A stretch of 64,000 nt of DNA from assembly GCA_043228905.1 (NCBI GenBank), contig JBHGNT010000010.1:8990001-9054000 (forward strand), written 5' to 3'. This stretch comes from Azolla caroliniana (taxonomy: Eukaryota; Plantae; Polypodiophyta). The position numbers and the translations under genes were made by a program. Below are positions 1-12,303 of the stretch, piece by piece (within the stretch, counting starts at the first letter, position 1; every line of letters begins with the position of its first letter). The notes below the pieces were generated by a model. The model was given only the letters and a program-made list of their open reading frames with translations, ran no database searches and was not told where the DNA came from.

Positions 1-1125
1 CTAGAGAATGGTTCGAGTTGGATTGTCCTGAATTTTGCTCGAATCGTCGTTCGCTCTCCTTCTTTTTGTTGATCTACCAATAGTCCACAACGTTGTGACT
101 GACCTTTTTGCAATGTGTGCAATAGGCATTTGGCTTGCCATTTCATGACTTCACCCACTATCGATTATCATTCCTCCTTCTCGGCCAACTGGTGCTTCAG
201 CTAGTTCTTCCAACATGACTCGGTCGAGTAGTGAGCTTCTGCCGAATCATCGATGGTGAGACCCATTGATTTTCGCCGAATATCCTCTATGAGAACCTGT
301 TTGATAGTTTCATCCAGATTCAGATTTGGGCTATTGTTGGCAAATGTCATGCAGAATACTTACTAGCTCATCGACAGGATCAAAATGAGAGCAAAGGCTT
401 TAACTTCTTCTTTGAAGTTAATCCCTTGGGAGGAGAGTTTAGACAATCCCTTGCGATAGGTCGTTGAATTCATCTCTCTCATCTTCATATTGAACAACTG
501 TCGAACCAATATGAGTTTCGATGAGGAGGACATCTTTTTGTAAACGGCTTGGAACTTCTCCCACAAGTCAAATGTTGATGTCTCTTTGGCCATGATGAAG
601 TAGACGTTCTCAGCCAAATGCATTCGGATGATCGACCTGGCTATTTCATCCAGGGAGCAACATTCTACTCCTTCCATAGGGAAAAGTTTTTGCCGTCGAA
701 CTTTTAGATTTCTACTCCTGTGCTGGATGTTGACGCCATGTTCTGTAGGAAGTTAGATTTGTTGACCTGGTCCTTTCCTTCAGTCATTTCTTCTCTTCTC
801 AGATTTATGTTGCTACCCAACTGCAAGTCGCTCTGCTAACACTTCTTGAGTATTGAAGTTGATGTTGAGGACTAATATTGAGGACTTGTCAGTGAGTCTA
901 GGAAACAACACAAGTAGTGATTAAGATAGAGATATGCACTGTGACAAGATTCAAAAAGATGAAAGCAGACAATTGAATGGAGAGAGAGAGAGAGAGAGAA
1001 GTGTTCAAAGAAGAATATTTTATATTAACCCTTGAACTCTCTTTTACAAGAACAATTACCTACTTAAATAGTTAGGTTAACTGTGTTCACACTAGGGATA
1101 CAAGTTTGGGCAAAGTCAGCCAACA
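1..1125 (-). mobile_element. Degenerate Ty1/copia fragment (gag N-terminus, decayed PBS, LTR)
   Basis: ORF 363-677 (-) reads LWEKFQAVYKKMSSSSKLILVRQLFNMKM, typical of copia gag. A decayed Met PBS (gctctgctaaca) lies near 830-841 and an LTR-like stretch ends ...CAACA at 1125. Homologous to 9080-9856. Confidence 0.7.
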
Positions 1126-1713
1126 TCGTGCACAACGCTTCTGCATATGTAACATTTTACATGGTATCAGAGCATGAGGGTTGAAGATCCTCTACAGCCG
1201 ACAAGCGAACGAAACACAGAGATAAGTTTTTGTCTTCCGAACAAGTTCAGTCAGGAGCATGGACAGAGGTAAGGGCAGCTCACTTCCGACGGAGAAGCTC
1301 GACAGAAGCAACTACGCATCTTGGTCGTACAAGATGCACCGGTACCTACTCGAACACAGTACTAGAGCTATGTCGAAGGAGCAAACGAAGTACCACTAGA
1401 GCCAACACACAGAGACATCTACGCTTGGGAACAAGTCGCAAGCTGAGTCTTGTACTACTTGGTCTCGTGTGTCCAAGACCAAATGCTCAGGTACATAAGA
1501 GAAGCGAAATCGTCAAAGGATGCTTGGGGGAACCTGAAGAAGTTCTTCGCGCCAACACCACAACCCAGAAGTTGCAGCTCCGTAAAGAGTTCAAGAATGT
1601 CCGATAGGGAGGTATGTCAGTAACTGACTACACCACAAAGATCAAGAAGACCTGTGATGCACTCGGCTCCATCAATGTGATGGTGGATGAAGATGAGATG
1701 ATGTAGATCTTCC

Positions 1714-2149
1714 TATCATGATATAATATGGTATGGCTTCAAAAGGATTTGAACCCATGACCTTGTGTCAGTGAGTTGAAGCCCTACCATTAAGGTATAC
1801 ATTGTAATACAAAAAATATTGTTTTCATTTATTATTTCACCTAGGAAATCCATGTATATTCTAGATTTCTCTAGAACATTCTAGAAATGTCAAGAATACT
1901 CCTAAGCACACTATAAAGAGAGGCACATGGCATTATTGAGAACCAATTCGGTTCAATACCAGTCTTAAGCCTCTTAGCTGTTCTTGTATCTTTCTTCATA
2001 TAATATAATATACTTCTTGTTGTCATCATTATCTCTCTCTCTCTCTCTCTCGTGATTCTCACACACTCTTTCCCTTCTTAGTACTAATCCTCATTCTTCT
2101 CCTTGATCTTTAGTACTAATTCTCCTTGCCTCTAGTACTATCCCTGACA
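1714..2149 (+). repeat. 5' LTR of the Tcn1-like chromovirus
   Basis: Direct repeat of 8016-8447; ends TATCA(TGTCA)...TGACA; TATA box (TATAAA) at 1912. Confidence 0.92.
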
Positions 2150-2767
2150 ATTTAAACTGAATTTGTCTTCAGCTTCGTATCCCTCCTTCCCTTCATACTA
2201 ATCTTCTTAAACTTCCTTCCTCCAATACTGGCAATTGTTAGCACTCAAGAATACCAATCTGTCTTCTCGGAGCTGCAGTGGTTGAAAGAAAATCAACGGT
2301 TGTTGGGGGATCTTCAACAAATCTCTTTATAAAAGCAGCGAGCGCAACAACAACATGGGGAGTTAGCATTACGCGTGCAACAACTTGAAGCAACCATTGT
2401 AGCATTGCAACAACAAGGACCAAGTATTCAAGGGATTCTTAAAGAGCCCAAGATCGGCCTTCCTATGAAATTCGATGGAACGTGTTCATAGTTTAGAGGA
2501 CTCCTTAATTAGGTACGATTAATCATTCAAATGCGTCCTTCCCGATATCCCACCGATGCATCACGAGTGGGTCTAGTAGGCACGTTGTTGAGCGGCTCAG
2601 CTTTGGCATGGTTCGCTCCATTGTAGAAAAAGATCTCCATTACTAAATAATTGTGAAGAGTTTACAAGCGAGTTTAAAGCTTGTTTTGGAGATACTGATA
2701 GCATAAGGACGACAATCAACAAAATCTAATGATTACATCAAGGTGGTCGTCCAGCCTCCGCTTACGC

Positions 2768-3885
2768 TGTCGTGAAGATTTTCGGCAATAGTGTGAAAAT
2801 CCCATAAAACGTACAAAATCGAGTATGAATCACATAATACAATAATTGTGAAGATAACATTTTAAATCAATTTAATATCTAAGTACAAAATGATGGAGGT
2901 TTCGAATGCACTTTATTACACGAGAAACGGACAACTAAATGTCAAGATATGAGGGTATAAAGTTTGTGAAAGGAAAAGAGAAAATTGTGAGATATCCCAC
3001 ATAGGCACGACAAATACGGCTCTCATCATATATAAGGTAGAGCAAAAGATATTATCTTTGTGTCTATGTGTGGAGCATGGAGAGTTCAAGGTAACTTGAA
3101 CTAAGAGTGGAGGTGGGCTAGCTACTCGTAAAGGGTTTTGGCCAACCAAAACCAGACCGGCGATGGAGCCGGTGATCCGGCGCCAGTGAGACACCGGCAT
3201 CCGACGGCAATCCGGCGACGGAGAGGCGGCGGCATTCGGTGCCGGTGAGACGACGGCATCCGGCGAGGCACCAGTAACCGACGGCATCCGACGAACCGGC
3301 GACTATATAAATAAATATATAAATATATATACATATATACATATACAAGGAGGGCAAGTAAGGATTCGAACCTTACACCTCTAAGTTAGGAGTCAATTAG
3401 CTTACCATTAAGCCATGCCATTTAGTTGAATTTATATTTCTATCATTGTACTTTTATGTGTAAATTCTCATACATGAGAGCTAAAATGAGTGACATGGTT
3501 ATCATGCACCACATGTAATACATAAGCGCCAAATGGCAAGCATGCATTTTATACATGTCTTGTACCCTCACATGCATCATATGCATGAGAGCATCTATAA
3601 AAGAAGGATGGGGGACGAGAAAAAACGGGTTTTTTTTTTGTTATGAAATTAAGAAGAAGAAATTCGTTATCAAATTGATTGTGTAACTTGTTTCTTAAAT
3701 CCAAAGATAAAAGTTCAATCGATCTCTCTCAATCGTTTAATCTCAACTTCTCTCTTTCCCAATCTATCTTAAGTACTTTCTCGCCAAAGCTTGCACCAAA
3801 GCTTGTACCGACTTTGAATCCTTCCGGTCCAGAACCCCGGCGGTTCCGCCTCACGATCCGCGCGTAGTGACGGATCTTCACGACA
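2768..3885 (+). mobile_element. Solo LTR (1118 bp) of a 4-bp-TSD gypsy lineage, inserted in the chromovirus gag
   Basis: Termini TGTCGTGAAGAT...ATCTTCACGACA form a perfect 12-bp inverted repeat; TSD ACGC at 2764-2767 and 3886-3889. Removing it restores gag ASAYAADF. It shares the TGTCGTGAAGA start and a CGGTYCCGCCTC motif near the 3' end with the LTRs at 42218 and 48741. Confidence 0.88.
3353..3419 (-). promoter_or_regulatory. tRNA-like sequence with Pol III A box and B box inside the solo LTR
   Basis: Minus strand reads GGCA-TGGCTTAATGG-TAAGCTA...GTAAGG-TTCGAAT-CCTTAC-TTGCC: A box, perfect T-arm with B box GGTTCGAATCC, short GGCA/TGCC closure. The anticodon stem does not pair. Confidence 0.55.
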
Positions 3886-4453
3886 ACGCTGCAGATTTCC
3901 ATCTACTCGCCTCCGATATCCCGTAGGATGATCAAGAATTCATGGAGCAATTTTGATACGGCCTACGAAATGATGTCAAAGACATACTCTTGACTTTCCC
4001 CGAAGAATCAAAATCACTTACAAAGGCAATTAGTTGAGCAGTACAATGCGATAACTGGCTTTTCGAACGACGTTCGGAATGCAAGTTACAAATGCCAAGG
4101 CCCAGGTCGGAGCCCACATACGCCTCAATCGTAGCAAAATCATTTGCAGGGGAGTCATATAATGCATCTCCGGCAAATACTCTGACACTAATGGAAATCG
4201 ACACTACACATCGTCATGGACCATTGTCGGAAGAAGAAAAGCAACAACGTTGAGCAAATCAATTATGTCTTTACGGCGTAGGACCATGGCATATCACAGT
4301 AAACTGTCCACATAGGCCAAGAAGACAGGTAAACCAAATAGTAGCTTGTACTAAACCCTAGTCTATTTCAGTAGGAGTGTGTGATAGTCCTAATAGTACT
4401 AATAGCCCAAGTCTATCGAACAAATTTGAAGTCCTTAGTCAGTTAGAAAAAGA

Positions 4454-4498
4454 GTTAAACGATAAAGTCCAACCAAAATAGGAGTTGTTTGGTTGGAT
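4454..4498 (+). promoter_or_regulatory. Putative gag/pol -1 frameshift signal (G_TTA_AAC plus hairpin) of the chromovirus
   Basis: Heptamer 4454-4460 is in the gag frame, followed by a 6-nt spacer and an 11-bp stem GTCCAACCAAA/TTTGGTTGGAT (4467-4498). The protease ORF (4493) is in the -1 frame. Confidence 0.65.
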
Positions 4499-7400
4499 GG
4501 CCTTAGGTTTGTGCAGCCCATTAGTGGTTCCATTCCCTCAAAACAAGTTAGCAATGTGTTCTTAGCTCAACTAACAGTTAGTACTAAAAGTACCCCTCTA
4601 GTACATGTCTTAACACTCTTAGATTCCAGAGCCAATTCTTGCTTCATGGATAGGAATTTTGCCCAAGCTCATCAGATATCCCTAAGAAAGCTTCCTTGCC
4701 CAACATCTGCAGTATTCATTGATGGTCGCCCCATTGCTTCCGGAAATATCGTAGAAGAGTCAGAGTCGATTCAGGTTGTCCTAGATAAATTGGTGTGTGT
4801 AGTATCATTTAATATAATTAGTAGCTCAGAGCATCCAGTTGTCTTGGGGTTACCATGGTTCGAATTACATAACCCAGACATCGATTGGAGAACAAGAGAA
4901 ATCCGGTATCAACAAACCCGAGGATCTACTGATCGAATTTCAACCATTTCTCTACATCAATTGCGTGAGGAAGGACGCACGGAATCAATGTTTGTATTCA
5001 CAGTATCAGTAAAACCATTCAACACCACTAAAGAGGAATCCATAGTTTAACTTCCAGAGAAGTATCGTCATTATGCCAACGTGTTTGATAAGGTACAAGC
5101 CAATACTCTTCCTCACCATCGACCGTATGATTGTCCCATTGATTTACAACCAGGAGAAGAGCCACCATGGGGACCGATCTACAACTTGTCACCAACCAAG
5201 CTAGAAGTCCTTCGAGCCTACATAGAGGAGAATTTGACAAACAGGTTCATTCCACATTCGAAATCTCTAACCGGCGCACCCATTTTCTTTGTCAAGAAAA
5301 AGGATGGATCACTTCATCTCATCATGGATTACCATGGCTTGAATAAGGTCACCATCTAGAATAGGTATGCACTTCCCCTTATCTCGAGTCTTTTAGAATG
5401 GATTAATGGGGCAAACTGCTTCACAAAGATCGACTTACGAGGAGCATATAACCTCGTATGGATCCGACCGGGAGATGAATGGAAGACCGCTTTTCGCACC
5501 CAATATGGGCACTTCGAGTATACAATTATGCCATTTGGTCTCAGCAGTGCACCAACAGTCTTCTAGCACATGGCAAATGATATATTCTGAGATCTCTTGG
5601 ATATCTATTTGATCATCTATTTGGATGATCTACTAGTTTATTTGAAGACTCGAGAAGACCATGATTCTCATGTACTATTAGTACTAAAACGACGTCCAGA
5701 ACATGGTCTTTATGCAAAACTAGAAAATTGTAGTTTTGGGTGCAACCCGGTGGAATTTCTAGGCTATGTCATCTCCTCAGAAGGCATCTCTATGGATCCG
5801 GCTAAGGTCAAAATTGTGGTAGAGTGGCAGGCTCCACATTCGTTGTCAGATGTGCAGTGTTTTTTAGGCTTCGCAAATTTCAACCGCAAGTTTATACAAG
5901 ACTACTCAAAGCTTATTTTGCCTCTCACACAGCTTACCGAGAAGGGGCAATTGTTTGTTTGGTCTAAGGAAGTGGACACGACTTTTGTGAGTCTTAAAAA
6001 AGCATTTACATCAGCTCTTATTCTAGCTCATGTTGATCCGAAAAAACCATTCATCATGGAGGCAAACGCGTCGGATTTCGCCCTTGGTAGCATTCTGTCA
6101 CAACAAGGCGATGATGAAAAATTGCATCCTGTGGCTTTCCACTCCCGCAAGTTTGACGTTGCTAAAGTCAACTACGAGATACATGACAAGGAGCTACTAG
6201 CAATAGTGGACTTTTTTGCACAATGGAGGCACTTTTAAGAGGGATCTTCTCATCAAGTCACCGTATTCAGTGATCACAAAAATCTTGCCTACTTCTAGAA
6301 TGCTCGTGTATTAAATCGATGACAAGCTCGATGGGCCCAATTCCTCACTCGTTTCGACTTTAAAATTACATACCATCCTGGGAAGTAGCAGGGGAAGGCA
6401 GATGCATTATCGCGATGCTCGTATCTAGCACCTCGTCTTGGTGATCTAGCATTCGATAATCAAAAGCAAGTAATCCTAGGACCAACACAATTGCAAACAA
6501 CGTGGGTTTTTGACACTCCATACGTGAAGACTTGAAGACAGACACTTTCGCTCAAGACATTCTAACACAAATTGATCCCTCTTGGGCATCCTGTTCACAG
6601 TCGCAACAACCAGGTACGAACTATCGACAATTCGAATGTCATGATGGATCACTATTCTTTAAGAAACTCTTGTATGTTCCCAATGGTTCTTGTCGCCTTC
6701 GAGTGGTCCAAAATTATCATGACACATACAACTGGGCATTTTGGTAGTACTAAAATGTTGGATTTAGTACAACGATCATTTTGGTGGCCTCATATGTGAC
6801 GATTTATCGAAGACTATGTTCGGACATGTGATACATGTTGTAGAGCAAAGATGCCAAGACATCATCTATATGGTTTATTGGAACTATTACCAATTCCAAG
6901 CAAGTCGTGGTAGTCCATTTCTCTAGATTTTATCACAGATCTTCCAATTTCAAAGGGATTTGATGCGATCTTAACAGTAGTAGATCAATACACTAAGATG
7001 GCACATTTCCTACCTTGTACTAAGGAAATCACTAGTGAAGAAACCGTCGAAATTGTCATGCGTGAGGTATTTCGGCATCATGGCCTCCCAGATAGTATCA
7101 TCAACAACCGTGGTCCTCAATTCATCTCGAAATTCTGGAAGCATCTCTTCAAAATGTTCAAGGTCACTTGTAACCTCTCCTCCGGCTATCACCCTCAAAC
7201 TGACGGACAAGCAAAACGAACAAATCAAACGCTAGAACAATATCTTCGGTGTTTTCTAAGCTATACAGGATGATTGGGCGGATATTCTCCACTTTGCCGA
7301 ATTTGCTTATAATAACTCTATCCACTCATCGACTAGGGTTACACCATTTTATGCTTATACAAGCTATCATCCTCGGTGGTGTGTATTCGAAACTCCGGAG

Positions 7401-7790
7401 TTACCCACAAATCCTCATGCAGAGGATCATTTGGAACGGTTATGAAAGATACATGCAGACCTATCTACCCATTTACATCAAGCTCAACTAACACAGAAGG
7501 ATTATGCGGATCATCATCGACTTCCATCCTATTTTAACATTGGAGATTGGGTATGGCTATTACGATGACACATCAAGACTACTCGACCATGCGATAAATT
7601 GGATTATTGAAGATTAGGTCTTTTTCGTATAATTGGAAAAATTAATGATGTCACTTTTTGTCTTGATCTACCTCCGCAACTACGGATACATCTAGTTTTT
7701 CATAGTTCTCTCCTGGAACCCTATCAAGACAACACTATTCCGAATCGTATTACACCACCTCCACCCCCGATCGAGCTTGAAGTAGGACCG

Positions 7791-7967
7791 GAGTACGAAG
7801 TTGCGGCCATCCTTGATTCCAAGATTGTTCACAACAAGCTTTACTATTTGGTCGATTGGCTAGGCTATAATCCAAGCGAGCGTACTTGGGAACTAGTCGA
7901 GAATGTAGCAAATGCTCGAGCTCTTATTGACGACTTCCATCGACAATATCCTAACAAACCAGGTCCT
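7791..7967 (+). other. Integrase C-terminal chromodomain (group I-like, aromatic cage retained)
   Basis: Manual translation: EYEVAAILDSKIVHNKLYYLVDWLGYNPSERTWELVENVANARALIDDFHRQYPNKPGP. Confidence 0.9.
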
Positions 7968-8015
7968 CAATCTAAGACGACTTGTAACACTCGTCGTTTT
8001 AAGATGGGGGGGTAG

Positions 8016-8447
8016 TGTCATGATATAGCATGGTATGGCTTCAAAAGGATTTAAACCCATGACCTTGTGTCGCATGGGTTGAAGTCCTACCATTAAGCTT
8101 TACATTGTAATACAAAAAATATTGTTTTCATTTATTATTTCACCTAGGAAATCCATGTATATTCTAGATTTCTCTAGAACATTCTAGAAATGTCAAGAAT
8201 ACTCCTAAGCACACTATAAAAAGAGGCACATGGCATTAATGAGAACCAATTCGGTTCAACGCCGGTCTTAAGCCTCCTAGATGTTCTTGTATCTTTCTTC
8301 ATATAATATAATATACTTCTTGTTGTCATCATTATCTCTCTCCTCTCTCATGATTCTCATACACTCTTTCCCTTCTTAGTACTAATCCTCATTCTTCTCC
8401 TCTATCTTTAGTACTAATTCTCCTTGCCTCTAGTATTATCCCTGTCA
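8016..8447 (+). repeat. 3' LTR of the Tcn1-like chromovirus
   Basis: Direct repeat of 1714-2149, preceded by the PPT. Confidence 0.92.
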
Positions 8448-9079
8448 CTACCTTGGTGGGTTAGCTCAGAAATACGGGCCGATTCGGACAACTATCTACA
8501 CGAGAGAGAAGTCTCCATCACTTTTTGATTCGCAATTGATGCTCATGGTAGAGGAGAACCACATGGGTGCATCACCAAGCATGCACGCCAAAAGCAAGAT
8601 GTTGTACACGGAGGCGGATTGGCCTCGTGGTCGTGGTGGACAAGGCATGTCAACACCAATGGAGGTGGCCGACAGGAGTAGAACCAAAGGCATAGAGGAA
8701 GTGTTGATAGCAGTGGACTGTCCACAAATAGGGGGAGTTAGGATGGTGTTGGGAGATGGCAAAGCAAAGCCACTGACTACTGGTATTGTGGCCGGAAGGG
8801 CCACAAAGAGAGCGAGTGCTAGAAAAAGAAATCGGATTCAGACAAAGCCAAATCGAACAGTGCCAATGGAGAGAGAAGACAAAGATCAAACTATGTTGAA
8901 GGCTCAGGGCGAGCCAGAATGGGACCCCCCTTTGTGATGAAGCACAAGACCAATTCGATGGCGGCGAGCAACTCGAAACCGATGGAGGTATGGTATGTGA
9001 ATTTCAATGCATCGAATCACATGACGAACCATGAAGAATGATTCTCCTACCTTGAGAAGCCGGAACAGTTGGGGGTCGT

Positions 9080-9856
9080 TGAAGGTGTTGATGTGGGAGG
9101 TTGCTAGCTCCGACTCCTTCATCTTCATATTGAATAGTTGTCGGATCAATATGAGCCTTGATGAAGACGATTTCTTCTCATATATGGCTTGCAACTTCTC
9201 CCACAAGGAAAATGTCAACGTCTCTTTGGCCATGCTGAAGTAGACATTCTCAACCAAACGCATCTAGAGACTTGGCTATCTCGTCCATGAAGCGCCATTC
9301 TTCTACAATCATTGAAGCCAACTTGGTGCTATGTCTTATTGCTTCAACTTGTCGTTGGATGATGAGAACACCCTGCATCATCTCCTTCCATAGGGCAAAT
9401 TTTTTTCCGTCAAACTTTCAGATTTCCACATTTGTGCCGGATGTTGAAGCCATCTTTGTTGGAGGTGAGATTTGTTGACCTTGTTTTTTCCTTCAACTAC
9501 TTCTTTCTTCTTGGGTTTATTCAGATGTTGTTGCTGGACTGCATCGCGCTAATACCAAATGTGAATGTTGATGTTACTAGAACTTGTTGAGGATCTGTGT
9601 TTGAGTCAAGCAAGACAACAGAGATAGCTAGAAAGAAGAATACTCGTGTATTGTTGCAAAAGGAAAACAAGAAGAATAGACAATTACACACACACATTGA
9701 GAGAGAGAGAGAGAGATAGACGTTTTTCTCAAAGAGATTTTTTGCATTTACCACCGAACTCTCTTTACAAGAACAATTAACTATTTAAATAGTTAGGTCA
9801 ATTGTGTTCACTTTAGAGATACAAGGTTTGGGTAGAGTCGGCCTTTTATACCAACA
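9080..9856 (-). mobile_element. Truncated Ty1/copia (LTR about 9560-9856, decayed PBS, gag start)
   Basis: ORF 8904-9263 (-) LWEKLQAIYEKKSSSSRLILIRQLFNMKM; decayed PBS GCGCTAATACCA near 9546-9557; TG...CAACA LTR similar to 845-1125. Confidence 0.72.
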
Positions 9857-10805
9857 TTTAGAGGCAGCTAATTGGACATTCTATGCAGCTTACCAAGATC
9901 CATATGAAATGGTGTTGCAATTCATCATCCGATTCTAGAATCTACGAAAGCAACTCACGAGGCCACCATTGGACGAGGATTTGAAAGAAACGTTCCTTAT
10001 AGCGCTTCAGGAACCTCTAGACAATGTTGACCGTATTGAACTTTAATGCAGACATATTGGAACAGGTGATTGATTGGGTGTTAGACATGGACCACACTCA
10101 GAATGGTAATGCAATGTCAATGGGAGCGTTACAACGTGCATTACCGAAAGAGGAGGAGTTGAGATTCCAACAGACCGTGCAATGCAGTACATGCTTAAAC
10201 CTCGACCACTCGACCTTGGAATGCACAATGACGACGCACTGTGCGTTGTGCCAATCCCACGCTCATACCATTTCGATGTGAGTATAATTTATTAAATAGA
10301 TCAACAACACTAATAAGGCAGACTGAGCCAAGAGAAGAAGAAGACCAATTTTGGCTGAGGGAAGACAGATTCTAACAAGACAATCAGTATCGACGTGATG
10401 ACCAACCCCAATATATGGAGAGATTCTGATCGGATGAGTATCGACAAGATTATTGTGAGTGGTACGAGCAGGATTATTCACTGCAATATGACCAGAACGC
10501 AAGAGCCAATAGAAGATAGTTCGGCAACAACACAGGTGATCACCGCCACAGTTACGACCAACAGCGATTTGAAGACAATCAGCAAAGTAGCCGCCGACTC
10601 CCACCACAAGACGAAAAAAGAGCTCAAGATGATAGGAGACGCCCTCAAAAAGCCAGACCATTCCAATACCATCCTAGTAGCCAGGAGGAAACGATGCAAA
10701 CGACTTTTGGCCCACAACTAGTTGGCAGGGAAAGAGTAGAAACGAGCGAGACAATCAAGCCAAAGTGGTACCATTGCAGGAAAGAGTGACATTATGCTAA
10801 CCATT

Positions 10806-11351
10806 TGTGAGGATCCAACCAACCACAACTGGTTCTTAGCAACACATATGCAAATGCAAGTGCAAACTTGGTTTAATCGATAGAAAACACAGAAGACAAA
10901 AAGGTATAGAGAGACAGGATGTTTAAGTGGAAACCTTGAAATGGGGAAAACCACGGGAGCCCACAGACTCTGAAACAAAATCACTATATCAAGAGGAAAT
11001 ACACAAATAAGAATCTCAAGGCAATGACCTTGAGTTCATTTTCATCTGAAAGATGGTTGTAGAGTTACAACTCTCTCACTCTAGTTACAGAGGCAACTAC
11101 TTTCTATAGCTTTTACGACAATGATCATCATCATATCTAACTACTTGACCTAAATATATTTATACTCATATACACAATATGTGCTATTTACAAATATAGC
11201 CCACTAACATTGAGGCTATTTACAAGTATAGCCTAGTAGGATTCGGCTGACCGAATTAGTTATGGGTTAGTCGATTTTTCGGCCTCGGCCCTATCGACTC
11301 CATCCAATCCAGCTCATGCTCTTCCCATCCGGAGGGACCTGTTTCCTAACA
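10806..11351 (-). mobile_element. Copia solo LTR (related to the LTR of copia D)
   Basis: TG...CA ends; perfect TSD CCATT at 10801-10805 and 11352-11356; terminal CATCCGGAGGGACC motif shared with 57425-58196. Confidence 0.85.
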
Positions 11352-11827
11352 CCATTGGACGGAGACGGAAAAGGCAAAGCTCTAGCAGTAAACATGTTGA
11401 TAGTAGAAGTGGCCGACGTACAACAAGTAACGACGCATAGAAAGGCGAAGCTCATTGAGTGGGAAGCTCAGAAGGTTGTTCGCAAGACGACGAAGAAAAG
11501 GGTAGAACAGGAAAATCAAAGAAATGCAGACAAAATGCAGTAGGACATGACGTAATTATCAGCAAAACCGAAGCTGACATCGGAGGAAAAACTGTCGGCC
11601 GAAGACCCAGCATGCAAGCATTGACTGATTGCCAAATCACATTGATGGTACCAAGATTCATAGAGACATTGACAGTGGTTATCATGCAAAATGAGCAATT
11701 GACGACCCCAATAAATTTCACGAATCCTAGTGAGGGATTGGCCATGATGGATGAAAAACACTTGGCTATGGTGGTGATCATCAAAGGCATAGAGGTGCCA
11801 AGCATGATAATTGATAGAGGATCTAGC

Positions 11828-12303
11828 TGTTGGGAAACCAGTCCCTCCGAATGGGATCCAGATGAGAACCGAACGAGCTGGATCGGACGAGTCGAAGGAA
11901 GGAACCAGACCGGATAAGATCCGGATCGGTCATATTTGTAAATAGCCCCAAAATTATATATGTATAAATATAACTAGGGCAACACTATTTTAGAGTGAGT
12001 TTATATAGAAGTTGTACAGAGAGAAACACACACACACACACACAAAAGCTTTTTCTATTGTAATTGTCGGTTAGCGAAGATACAAAGCTCAAGGTTGTTT
12101 CCTCTGAGTCTCATTCTGTTGTACCCCTCCTCTATAGTGATCTTGTTCGGAGTCCGAGAACTCCCGTGGTTTTCCCCGATTAGGGTTTCCATGTAATATC
12201 CTGTGTCGACCCATTTTGTGTGTAAGTGTATTAATCTTTATTTTTGTTCTGTTTCTTCCATTGTGATTGAGACTCAGTTGTGGCCGAGCACTATTTTTCT
12301 ACA
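11828..12303 (+). mobile_element. Copia solo LTR inserted in the gypsy protease active-site motif
   Basis: TGTTGGG...CTACA ends; TSD CTAGC/CTGGC; start GTCCCTCCG resembles the copia D LTR family. Confidence 0.82.

Larger units (their letters stand above)
1714..8447 (+). mobile_element. Full-length but decayed Ty3/gypsy chromovirus (Tcn1-like)
   Basis: LTRs 1714-2149 and 8016-8447; TSD CTTCC/CTACC (host codons imply an ancestral CTGCC). Domain order: gag, protease (LLDSRANSCF), RT (YLDD), RNase H (ASDFALG), integrase (GPQFISKFW, YHPQTDGQ), chromodomain. PPT AAGATGGGGGGG at about 8001-8012. Many stop codons. Confidence 0.93.
1126..9080 (+). mobile_element. Degenerate Ty1/copia element (LTR end, PBS, gag to protease) split by a chromovirus insertion
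   Basis: LTR end ...TTTTACA at 1161, then PBS TGGTATCAGAGC at 1162-1173. Gag MDRGKGSSLPTEKLDRSNYASWSYKMH starts near 1260. It is interrupted at 1713 inside the QICLGGL region, resumes at 8448, and runs to a decayed protease motif (ASNHMTNHEE) near 9000-9040. Confidence 0.8.

Noticed and set aside
3353-3419. Functional tRNA-Arg gene
   Set aside because: The anticodon stem does not pair and the acceptor stem is only about 4 bp; kept only as a tRNA-like element.
2768-3885. DNA transposon or MITE, because of the 12-bp terminal inverted repeats
   Set aside because: TG...CA ends, a 4-bp TSD and terminal motifs shared with the 42218 LTR fit a gypsy solo LTR better.
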